This document shows, one piece after another, positions 26,578 to 34,343 of a stretch of 37,459 nt of DNA; the stretch's first letter is position 1, and every line of letters starts with the position of its first letter. The stretch lies in the NCBI GenBank assembly GCA_035557125.1, contig DATMEC010000256.1, positions 1 to 37,459 of the forward strand. Direction: 5' to 3'. Under the pieces are notes generated by a model. That model worked only from the letters and a program-made list of their open reading frames with translations. It did not search any database and had not been told where the DNA came from. Made by a program: the position numbers and the translations under genes. Source of the stretch: Steroidobacteraceae bacterium. Lineage in GTDB: Bacteria; Pseudomonadota; Gammaproteobacteria; Steroidobacterales; Steroidobacteraceae.

Positions 26578-27398
26578 GCATCGCGCCGCGAAGCGGGGCG
26601 TGGAGCGCTGCGCTGCTGGTCTCGTTCGCTGCGATCACGATCTTGCCGATCCTCGGCATCGTGCTCCTCAGCCTGCAGCCGGAGCAGGCGCAGCTGTCCG
26701 GCTTCGAGCTTCCGGACCGCCTGCACTTCGAAAACTATGCGCGCGCCTGGGACGTCGCGCAGTTCGCGAGCTACCTGCGATCGAGCGTGATCGTCAGCGT
26801 CGCGGTGGTGGCGGGCACGGTCGTGGTGTCGACGTTGAGCGGCTACGCCTTCGGCACCATGCGCTTTGCCGGCCAGGACGTTCTCTTCTACCTGCTCCTG
26901 GCTGGCCTCGTCATACCCTTCGAGGCCGTGATTGTGCCGCTGTACGTCGAGCTCCGTGCCGGGCATCTCACGAACACCTACTGGTCGGTCGTCCTGCCGC
27001 TGATCGGCGTAAATTCCTCGTTCGGGACGTTCTGGATGCGCGCGTATTTTCGTGCGGTGCCCCGCCAGCTGATCGAGGCGGCGTCGCTGGACGGCGCGGG
27101 GTCGCTGCGTATCCTCTGGAGGGTCCTGTTGCCGGGGGCCCGCCCGGCGCTGCTGACGCTGGTGGTCCTTGTCTTCATGTGGTCGTGGAACGAGTTCCTG
27201 CTCCCGCTCGTGATGCTGTCGCGCGAGGACTTGCGCACCGCACCGCTCGGGCTCGCATTCTTCGCCGGCCGCTACACGGTCGACCGTTCCGGCATGGCGG
27301 CCGCGGCGGTGATGGTCGCGCTTCCGGTGGTGGTGCTGTTCATTGCCACGCATCGGCGCTTCGTGCATGGCATGTGGGTGGGGGCAGTGAAGCAATGA
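26574..27398 (+). CDS. ABC sugar transporter permease (MalG/UgpE-like)
   Basis: GTG 26574 within ORF 26073..27398 (GTGA overlap). EAA loop IEAASLDGAGSLRILWRVLLPGARPAL. Confidence 0.85.
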   Translation: MSIAPRSGAWSAALLVSFAAITILPILGIVLLSLQPEQAQLSGFELPDRLHFENYARAWDVAQFASYLRSSVIVSVAVVAGTVVVSTLSGYAFGTMRFAGQDVLFYLLLAGLVIPFEAVIVPLYVELRAGHLTNTYWSVVLPLIGVNSSFGTFWMRAYFRAVPRQLIEAASLDGAGSLRILWRVLLPGARPALLTLVVLVFMWSWNEFLLPLVMLSREDLRTAPLGLAFFAGRYTVDRSGMAAAAVMVALPVVVLFIATHRRFVHGMWVGAVKQ

Positions 27399-28168
27399 GG
27401 CCACCGCCCTTGCCGCCGCCGCTGCGGCTGACGCCGGCGCAGGTGACGTCGTTCCGGCGCGACGGCTTCGTCCGCGTCGAAGCGCTCACCGCGCAGGCCG
27501 AAGTCGAAGTCCTCCGCGGCCTGTACGACGAGCTGTTTCATCGGGAGGGCGGGTTCGACGCCGGCGATCGCATCGAACTGAACGCTGACCTCGCTCATGC
27601 GCCGCTGCCGCAGATCGTCAACCCCGAACGCTATGCGCCACGTCTGATTGAGGGACAGGCGTATCGCAATGCGCGGGAGATCGCCCGACAGTTGCTGGGG
27701 TTCGACTGCGTGCCGACCGGCAATCACGCCATCCTGAAGCCGGCCCGGATCGGCGGCGCCACGCCCTGGCACCAGGACGAAGCGTACTGGGATCCGCGAT
27801 TTTCCCACCGTGCGGTGAGCATCTGGCTTGCGCTGCAACCCGCGACGCTCGAGAACGGCTGCCCGCGCTTCATACCGGGGACTCATCGAGGGCCGGTATT
27901 GCCGCACGAGCTGATCTCGGCGGATTCGCACGGGCTGCGACTTTGCAAGCCGGTGCCGGATGCGCCGGAGATATCGTGCGAGTTGCCGGCGGCCGGGGCG
28001 ACCATCCACGACGGAAGAACGGTGCACAGTGCCGGGCCGAACCTGTCCGGGCAGCCGCGTCGCGCACTGGTGTTCGGATTCGGCCTCGCTCCCGTGCCGC
28101 TCGACACGCCCAATCGCTATCCGTGGCAACGGCCGGAATGGTCGGGCCCGATCCTTCGAGGACACTGA
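27395..28168 (+). CDS. Second PhyH-family Fe(II)/2-oxoglutarate oxygenase
   Basis: ATG 27395 within ORF 26555..28168 (ATGA overlap with permease 2). Triad context ATPWHQDEAYW and distal His DGRTVHSAGPN. No signal peptide. Confidence 0.7.
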   Translation: MRPPPLPPPLRLTPAQVTSFRRDGFVRVEALTAQAEVEVLRGLYDELFHREGGFDAGDRIELNADLAHAPLPQIVNPERYAPRLIEGQAYRNAREIARQLLGFDCVPTGNHAILKPARIGGATPWHQDEAYWDPRFSHRAVSIWLALQPATLENGCPRFIPGTHRGPVLPHELISADSHGLRLCKPVPDAPEISCELPAAGATIHDGRTVHSAGPNLSGQPRRALVFGFGLAPVPLDTPNRYPWQRPEWSGPILRGH

Positions 28169-28169
28169 C

Positions 28170-29270
28170 ATGCTTCGAATCGGAGTGCTGGGACTCGGCA
28201 GCGTATTCCTCGGGCCCTACCGCCAGTTGATTCGCCAGCTCGAGCAAAGCGGCCAGGCGCGCCTGACCGCCGCATTCGACATCGACCGCGAAAAGACTGC
28301 AGCGGTCGCGGCCACGCATCCGTCGCTCGCGACGCCCGCCACTGCGGGCGAGCTCATCGCGCGCGACGACGTCGATGCGGTCCTCGTGCTGACCAGCATG
28401 AATGAGCACGCGGAGCTTGCGCAGGCAGGTCTTCGAGCGGGCAAGCACGTCCTGGTCGAGAAGCCGATGGCGACGAGCCTCGCAGCCGCGCATGAGCTGT
28501 TGCAGCTCAGCAAGCGCGCGAAAGGCCTCCTGGTCTGCGCCCCGCACATCGTGCTGTCGCCGACGTACCGGGCTATGCATGCCGAAGTGCAGGCCGGCGG
28601 GATCGGCAAGGTCGTGCTGGCCCGCGCACGTTACGGATGGGCCGGTCCCTGGTGGGGACGATGGTTCTACCGTCCGGGTGGGGGCGCACTGTTCGACCTG
28701 GCCGTCTACAACCTGAAGAGCCTCTGCGGATTCATGGGTCCCGTCCAGCGCGTGAGCGCCATGGTCGGCACGGCGATCCCCAGACGCATGGCCGAGGGTG
28801 TCGAGATCGACGTACTGGCCGACGACAATGCGCAGGTCCTCCTGGATTTCGGCGAAAGCCGGTTTGCCTGCATCACGACCGGCTTCACGATGCAGAAGTA
28901 CCGCAGCCCGGCCATCGAGCTCTACGGCACCGAAGGTGTCCTGCAGATGCTCGGCGACGACTGGGCGCCGCAAGGCTACGAACGGTGGGGCAAGGAACGC
29001 GAGGTGTGGGAGTTCCACGAGGAGAGCGAGCCACAGTGGCCATGGACCGTCGGGTTGCGCCATCTCGTCGAGTGCGTGGCCGCCGGGACGCGGCCCGTGA
29101 ACCAGCCTGAGCACGCCTTGCACTGCCTCGAGGTCATCCTGGCGGCCCAGACTTCGGCCCGGGAAGGGCGGCACGTGTCGGTCGAATCCGGCTTTCCGGC
29201 GCTCGACTTCCGCAGCTTGCCGCCCGAAACGAACGACCACCGCCGCCGGCACGACCCGAGAACCGCGTAA
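28170..29270 (+). CDS. Gfo/Idh/MocA-family NAD(P)-dependent oxidoreductase
   Basis: ATG 28170 within ORF 27960..29270, 1 nt after the PhyH stop codon. Rossmann start MLRIGVLGLGSV and the family motif HVLVEKPMA. Confidence 0.85.
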   Translation: MLRIGVLGLGSVFLGPYRQLIRQLEQSGQARLTAAFDIDREKTAAVAATHPSLATPATAGELIARDDVDAVLVLTSMNEHAELAQAGLRAGKHVLVEKPMATSLAAAHELLQLSKRAKGLLVCAPHIVLSPTYRAMHAEVQAGGIGKVVLARARYGWAGPWWGRWFYRPGGGALFDLAVYNLKSLCGFMGPVQRVSAMVGTAIPRRMAEGVEIDVLADDNAQVLLDFGESRFACITTGFTMQKYRSPAIELYGTEGVLQMLGDDWAPQGYERWGKEREVWEFHEESEPQWPWTVGLRHLVECVAAGTRPVNQPEHALHCLEVILAAQTSAREGRHVSVESGFPALDFRSLPPETNDHRRRHDPRTA

Positions 29271-29285
29271 GGACCGCGCACACCG

Positions 29286-30386
29286 ATGGCATCGATCACG
29301 ATCGAAGGCGCCAGCCGCAGGTTCGCGGACGGTACCTGTGCACTGGACGGCGTGAACCTTGCCATCGAGGACGGCGAATTTCTCGTGCTCGTCGGGCCCT
29401 CCGGTTGCGGCAAGTCGACGCTGCTGCGGGCCGTGGCGGGCCTCGAGTACCTCGACAGCGGCCGCGTGCTCATCGGCGGGGTGGACGTCACCGGCAAGCC
29501 CGCGGGCGAGCGGGACGTTGCGATGGTGTTCCAGAACTATGCGCTGTACCCGCAGATGACGGTACGCGACAACATCGAGTTCGGCCTCAAGTCGCGCGGC
29601 ATGAGCGGGCACGAAAGGCGCGAGCGCGTTGCCGACGTCGCAGCGCTGCTCGGACTCGGGTCGCTGCTGTCGCGCCGTCCTTCAGAATTGTCCGGTGGCC
29701 AGTTGCAGCGGGTCGCCATGGGCCGCGCCATCGCGCGACGGCCCCGGGCGTTCCTGATGGACGAGCCGCTCTCCAACCTGGACGCCCAACTGCGCGCATC
29801 CATGCGCTCCGAACTTTCCAGGATGCGCGAGCGCCTCGCGGTCACGACCATCTATGTCACGCACGACCAGGTCGAGGCCATGACGCTGGGGGAACGCGTG
29901 GCCGTGATGCGGGAAGGCGTGCTTCAGCAGTGCGACACGCCGCGCAGGCTCTTCGACCAGCCGCGTAACCGGTTCGTGGCGACCTTCATGGGGTCGCCGC
30001 CGATGAACCTGCTGAACGCGACGATCAGCGAGGGCGTCGTTCGCTTCGGCAGGTACGAACTGCCGCTAAAAGCCGGCGTCAGACTACCCGTCGCCGTCCC
30101 AACGGAACTGTTCATCGGCCTGCGGCCGGGAGACTTTGCTCTCGATCGCAGCGCGCCCGGCCATTGGCCGCGAATCGAGGTGGTGCCGCACGCCGTCGAG
30201 GAGCATGGACACCAACGGATCCTGCGCTTTCGCGCAGATGGCCCGTCGGGCGGCGGCCCCGAGGCCGACGTCAGCGTGCTCCTGAGCGGCCGGGATGTCG
30301 TCGCGGTGGGGGAGAGGTTGCGCCTGGGCGTCGACACGGCGCATGTGCACTTCTTCGATTCTGAAAGCGGCAATGCGCTGGACTGA
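29286..30386 (+). CDS. ABC sugar transporter ATP-binding protein (MalK/UgpC/MsiK-like)
   Basis: ORF 29286..30386. Walker A GPSGCGKST, signature LSGGQLQRVAMGRA, Walker B FLMDEPLSNLD, and a C-terminal regulatory (TOBE-like) domain. Confidence 0.9.
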   Translation: MASITIEGASRRFADGTCALDGVNLAIEDGEFLVLVGPSGCGKSTLLRAVAGLEYLDSGRVLIGGVDVTGKPAGERDVAMVFQNYALYPQMTVRDNIEFGLKSRGMSGHERRERVADVAALLGLGSLLSRRPSELSGGQLQRVAMGRAIARRPRAFLMDEPLSNLDAQLRASMRSELSRMRERLAVTTIYVTHDQVEAMTLGERVAVMREGVLQQCDTPRRLFDQPRNRFVATFMGSPPMNLLNATISEGVVRFGRYELPLKAGVRLPVAVPTELFIGLRPGDFALDRSAPGHWPRIEVVPHAVEEHGHQRILRFRADGPSGGGPEADVSVLLSGRDVVAVGERLRLGVDTAHVHFFDSESGNALD

Positions 30387-30401
30387 ACGGAGAGCGAAAT
30401 G

Positions 30402-32744
30402 ATGCGAATGCTGTGCGCCACAGTCACCTTTTCATTCTTGCTCGCTGGCTACGCCCTGGAGGTACGGTCTGACGCGACTGCCTCAGTGCCCGATGCCCGC
30501 ACCGGCATCTATGACCCCAGTCTCGACACTCGGGTGGAAGCCCTGCTGGGCAGGATGACGCTCGAGGAGAAGGTCGGCCAGCTGGTCCAGTACTCAGCGG
30601 GCCAGCCGACCGGTCCCGGCACCGGGCGCACGGACTACGAGGACATGATCGCCAAGGGCCAGATCGGCGCCCTGTTCAACATCTCGACGGCGAAGGAAAC
30701 CAATGCGTACCAGCGATTGGCCGTCGAGAAATCCCGCCTCAAGATTCCGCTCGTTTTCGGGCTGGACGTCATCCACGGCTTCCGCACGATATTTCCGGTT
30801 CCGCTCGCCCTGGCGTCGACCTGGGATCCGCCGCTGGTGGAACAGGCGGCCCGGGTGGCGGCGCGCGAAGCCTCGGCCACCGGGATTCGCTGGACGTTTT
30901 CTCCCATGGTGGACATCGCCCGCGATGCGCGCTGGGGCCGCATCACGGAAGGCGCCGGTGAAGACCCGTATCTCGGCTCGGAGATGGCGGCCGCCTATGT
31001 TCGCGGCTACCAGGGCACGCGCCTCGACGCACCGGACAGCCTCGCCGCCACCGCCAAACATTTCGTCGGATATGGGGCGGCGGAGGGCGGCCGCGACTAC
31101 AACACCACCGAAATCTCGGAGCACACGCTGCGCCAGATCTATCTGCCGCCGTTTCGCGCAGCCGTGGACGCCGGCGCAGCCACGATCATGTCCGCGTTCA
31201 ACTCGCTGAACGGCATTCCGACGTCCGCCAATCCGTTCATCCTGCGCCAGATCCTGCGCGAGGAATGGGGCTTTCGCGGCGTCGTCGACAGCGACTGGGA
31301 ATCGGTGCGCGAGCTGATACACCACGGCGTCGCGATCGATCGCGAGACGGCGGCCTTGAAAGCCTTCATGGCTGGCGTCGACCTCGACATGGCGAGCAGC
31401 GTCTACCACGATCACCTGGTGAAGCTGGTGAGCGCCGGCAAAGTCCCGGAAGCGCGGATCGACGATTCGGTGCGGAACGTCCTCAGGCTGAAGTTCGCGC
31501 TCGGTCTTTTTGAGCGACCTTATGTCGACGAAGCGCGCGAGCATGACGCCATGCTGCGGCCTGACGGCCTCGCGCTGGCGCAGAAGGCGGCCGAACGGTC
31601 CTTCGTACTGCTGAAGAATGACTCCGTGAGTGGGGATGCACCCATACTTCCGCTTTCGGACCGCGCGGGTCGCATTGCGCTGATCGGGCCGCTGGCCGAC
31701 GATCTCTCGAGCGCGCTGGGATCCTGGGCCGGGCTGGGCAAGGTCGAGGACGTCGTGTCTTTCCGCACGGCGCTCGCGAGGCGCGTCGGAGAACAGAACC
31801 TCGTTCATCACAAGGGTGTCGGCATCACGGAAGGTTCCGACGAGGACCTGGCCGCCGCCGTGGCGGCTGCCGCGAAAGCGGACGTCGTGATCCTGACGCT
31901 GGGCGAGGACGGCGGCGGAATGACCGGGGAGGCCACGTCGCGGGCGTTCCTTGGTCTGCCGGGCCGCCAGCAAGAGCTGCTGGAAAAGATCGTCGCCACG
32001 GGAAAGCCGGTGGTCCTTGTTCTCTTCAGCGGGCGGCCACTGACGCTGCCCTGGGCGTTCGAAAAGGTCCCGGCGGTGCTGGCAGCGTGGCTCCCCGGCA
32101 TCCAGGCGGGACCCGCGCTCGTGCGCACGCTCTATGGCGAGTCGAGTCCAACGGGAAAGCTGGTGGTCAGCTGGCCGCGCAGCGTGGGCCAGTTGCCGCT
32201 CTATTACAACGCGCTCAACACGGGACGTCCGGCCGACAAGAGTGACCTGACGAATCCCCTCGGCGGAGCCGACGACACGTACGTGTCGCGTTACCTCGAC
32301 GAGCGAAACGATCCGCGGTTCCCGTTCGGCTTCGGCCTTTCCTATACGACTTTCGGCTATGGCCCCACGAAGATCGACGGCAGCCGGCTCGAGGCTTCAG
32401 GACTCACGGCGAAACTTCGCGACGCCGCAGGTCGGGACGAAGGCGTGTTGACGGCCAGCGCCGAGGTCACGAACACAGGCTCACGCCCGGGCGAAGAGGT
32501 CGTTCAACTTTACGTTCGGCTCATCGGGACCAGTACTTCGCAGCCAGTCCGTGCGCTGAAGGGATTCCAGAGAATCTCGCTCGCTCCCGGCGAAACCAAG
32601 AAGGTGACGTTCACCCTCGAGCCCGATGCACTCGCGCTGTGGAACGATCGCAACCAATGGGTCGTCGAGCCGGCGAAAGTGGCCGTGTGGATCAGTCCCG
32701 ATTCCGCGCACGGCACGCCCGCCACGCTCCAGATCCTGCCATAG
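30402..32744 (+). CDS. bglX: Periplasmic GH3 beta-glucosidase (BglX-like), paralog B
   Basis: ORF 30399..32744 (tandem ATGs at 30399 and 30402; GGAGAG upstream). Near-collinear with paralog A: 94 of the first 100 aligned residues after ARTGIYDP are identical by my manual count. There is a short insertion near residue ~690. Confidence 0.9.
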   Translation: MRMLCATVTFSFLLAGYALEVRSDATASVPDARTGIYDPSLDTRVEALLGRMTLEEKVGQLVQYSAGQPTGPGTGRTDYEDMIAKGQIGALFNISTAKETNAYQRLAVEKSRLKIPLVFGLDVIHGFRTIFPVPLALASTWDPPLVEQAARVAAREASATGIRWTFSPMVDIARDARWGRITEGAGEDPYLGSEMAAAYVRGYQGTRLDAPDSLAATAKHFVGYGAAEGGRDYNTTEISEHTLRQIYLPPFRAAVDAGAATIMSAFNSLNGIPTSANPFILRQILREEWGFRGVVDSDWESVRELIHHGVAIDRETAALKAFMAGVDLDMASSVYHDHLVKLVSAGKVPEARIDDSVRNVLRLKFALGLFERPYVDEAREHDAMLRPDGLALAQKAAERSFVLLKNDSVSGDAPILPLSDRAGRIALIGPLADDLSSALGSWAGLGKVEDVVSFRTALARRVGEQNLVHHKGVGITEGSDEDLAAAVAAAAKADVVILTLGEDGGGMTGEATSRAFLGLPGRQQELLEKIVATGKPVVLVLFSGRPLTLPWAFEKVPAVLAAWLPGIQAGPALVRTLYGESSPTGKLVVSWPRSVGQLPLYYNALNTGRPADKSDLTNPLGGADDTYVSRYLDERNDPRFPFGFGLSYTTFGYGPTKIDGSRLEASGLTAKLRDAAGRDEGVLTASAEVTNTGSRPGEEVVQLYVRLIGTSTSQPVRALKGFQRISLAPGETKKVTFTLEPDALALWNDRNQWVVEPAKVAVWISPDSAHGTPATLQILP

Positions 32745-32765
32745 CCATCGCGTAGAATCGCCGCC

Positions 32766-33845
32766 ATGGCACTGCCCGCGAAAGACGGATTCCGGATGCC
32801 CGCGGAGTGGGAGCCGCACGCCGGCACCTGGATGCTCTGGCCGGAGCGGGCGGACAACTGGCGTGACAACGCGGCGCCCGCGCAGCGCGCGTTCGCGGCG
32901 GTCGCCGCCGCCATCGCGAAGAGCGAGCCGGTGACCATGGGCGTGTCGGCGGACCAGTTCGAGGCGGCGCGGGCGATGCTCCCCGGCGGCGTGCGCGTCG
33001 TCGAGATCTCCTCCAACGACGCCTGGATGCGCGACGTCGGCCCGACCTTCGTCGTGAACCGCCGCCGGCAGGTGCGCGGCGTCGACTGGATGTTCAATGC
33101 CTGGGGCGGCAAGGCAGGCGGCGCCTATGCGGACTGGGCCCTCGACGACCAGATCGCCGCCAAGGTCCTCGAAATCGAGTCGAGGCCGCGCTACCGGGCG
33201 CCGTTCGTCCTCGAGGGCGGCGCAGTCCACGTGGACGGGCTGGGCACGCTCCTGACCACCGAGGAGTGCCTGCTGAACCCGAACCGGAACCCGACACTCA
33301 GGCGCTCCCAGATCGAGAGCCTGCTCGAGCGCCACCTCGGCGTGCGCGAGATCATCTGGCTCGGGCGCGGCGTGTTCAACGACGAGACCGACGGCCACGT
33401 GGACAACCTGTGCTGCTTCGTGCGCCCCGGCGAGGTCGTGCTCACCTGGTGCGACGACCCGGAAGACCCGCAGTACGACATCTCGCGCGCGGCGTATGAG
33501 GTTCTCGCGCAGGCGCGCGACGCGCGAGGCCGCAGGATCAGGATCCACAAGCTGATGCAGCCGGGGCCGCTCTACATGACCGAGGCAGAGGCCGCCGGCA
33601 TCGAGCGCTCTGCCGACTGCAAGCCACGGCGCTGCGGGGACCGGCTCGCCGGGTCATACGTGAACTTCTACATCGCCAACCGCCACATCGTGATGCCGCT
33701 GCTCGACGCGCGCACCGATCGCGCGGCGAAAGCGACGCTTTCGAAGCTGTTCCCACGCCGCAAGGTGATCGGTGTGCCCTCGCGCGAAATCCTGCTCGGT
33801 GGCGGCAACATCCACTGCATCACCCAGCAGCAGCCGCGCGTCTGA
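32766..33845 (+). CDS. aguA: Agmatine deiminase (PAD_porph family)
   Basis: ORF 32766..33845. Motifs [23 protein letters not shown] and the C-terminal catalytic Cys motif [13 protein letters not shown]. Confidence 0.85.
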   Translation: MALPAKDGFRMPAEWEPHAGTWMLWPERADNWRDNAAPAQRAFAAVAAAIAKSEPVTMGVSADQFEAARAMLPGGVRVVEISSNDAWMRDVGPTFVVNRRRQVRGVDWMFNAWGGKAGGAYADWALDDQIAAKVLEIESRPRYRAPFVLEGGAVHVDGLGTLLTTEECLLNPNRNPTLRRSQIESLLERHLGVREIIWLGRGVFNDETDGHVDNLCCFVRPGEVVLTWCDDPEDPQYDISRAAYEVLAQARDARGRRIRIHKLMQPGPLYMTEAEAAGIERSADCKPRRCGDRLAGSYVNFYIANRHIVMPLLDARTDRAAKATLSKLFPRRKVIGVPSREILLGGGNIHCITQQQPRV

Positions 33846-33897
33846 CGAAAGGGACGCGCACCTTCATATTCGTGAAGGTGCGCGTCCCCTTCGTCAG
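33842..33897. terminator. Long GC-rich hairpin shared by convergent genes (probable bidirectional terminator, no U-tract)
   Basis: 33842..33866 pairs with 33873..33897: 24 of 25 positions, with one mismatch at 33850/33889. The loop is TATTCG. The aguA stop codon TGA (33843..33845) pairs with the complement of the ydcZ-like stop codon (33894..33896). Confidence 0.55.
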
Positions 33898-34343
33898 CCC
33901 CGAGCCAGCAGGAACATGCCGCAGACGACGAGCAGGGCGCCGGCGACGCGCCAGGCGTCGAGCGGGCGCACGGGGAAGCCGAGCAGGCCGTAGTGATCGA
34001 GCGCGAGCGCCGCGACCATCTGGCCGGCGACGATGAGCGCGAGGAACGTTGCGCCGCCGATCATGGGGCCGAAGGCGGCCGAGGCCGCGATGTAGAGACC
34101 GCCGAGGATGCCGGCGCCCCAGGTCCACCAGGGCGCCGCGCCGACGCCGGCAATGGCCGACAGTGAGTTGCGCCCGAGCAGCACGGCGGCGAAGAGGAAC
34201 ACGGTCCCGATCGCGAAGTTGACGAGCGCCGCCGCCATCGGCGAGCCCGCGTGCCCGCGCATGGTCGCGTTCATCCCGACCTGGAGCGCGAGCGTCGCGC
34301 CCGCGAGCGCCGTCAGGATCATCGGGCCGTACTGCATGGTCAT
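33894..34343 (-). CDS. DMT-superfamily small membrane protein, YdcZ/DUF606-like
   Basis: ORF 33894..34343, 149 aa, very hydrophobic with about five TM segments (MILTALAGATLALQVG..., AALVNFAIGTVFLFAAVLLG...). ATGA overlap with the upstream receptor gene. Confidence 0.6.
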   Translation of the reverse strand: MTMQYGPMILTALAGATLALQVGMNATMRGHAGSPMAAALVNFAIGTVFLFAAVLLGRNSLSAIAGVGAAPWWTWGAGILGGLYIAASAAFGPMIGGATFLALIVAGQMVAALALDHYGLLGFPVRPLDAWRVAGALLVVCGMFLLARG

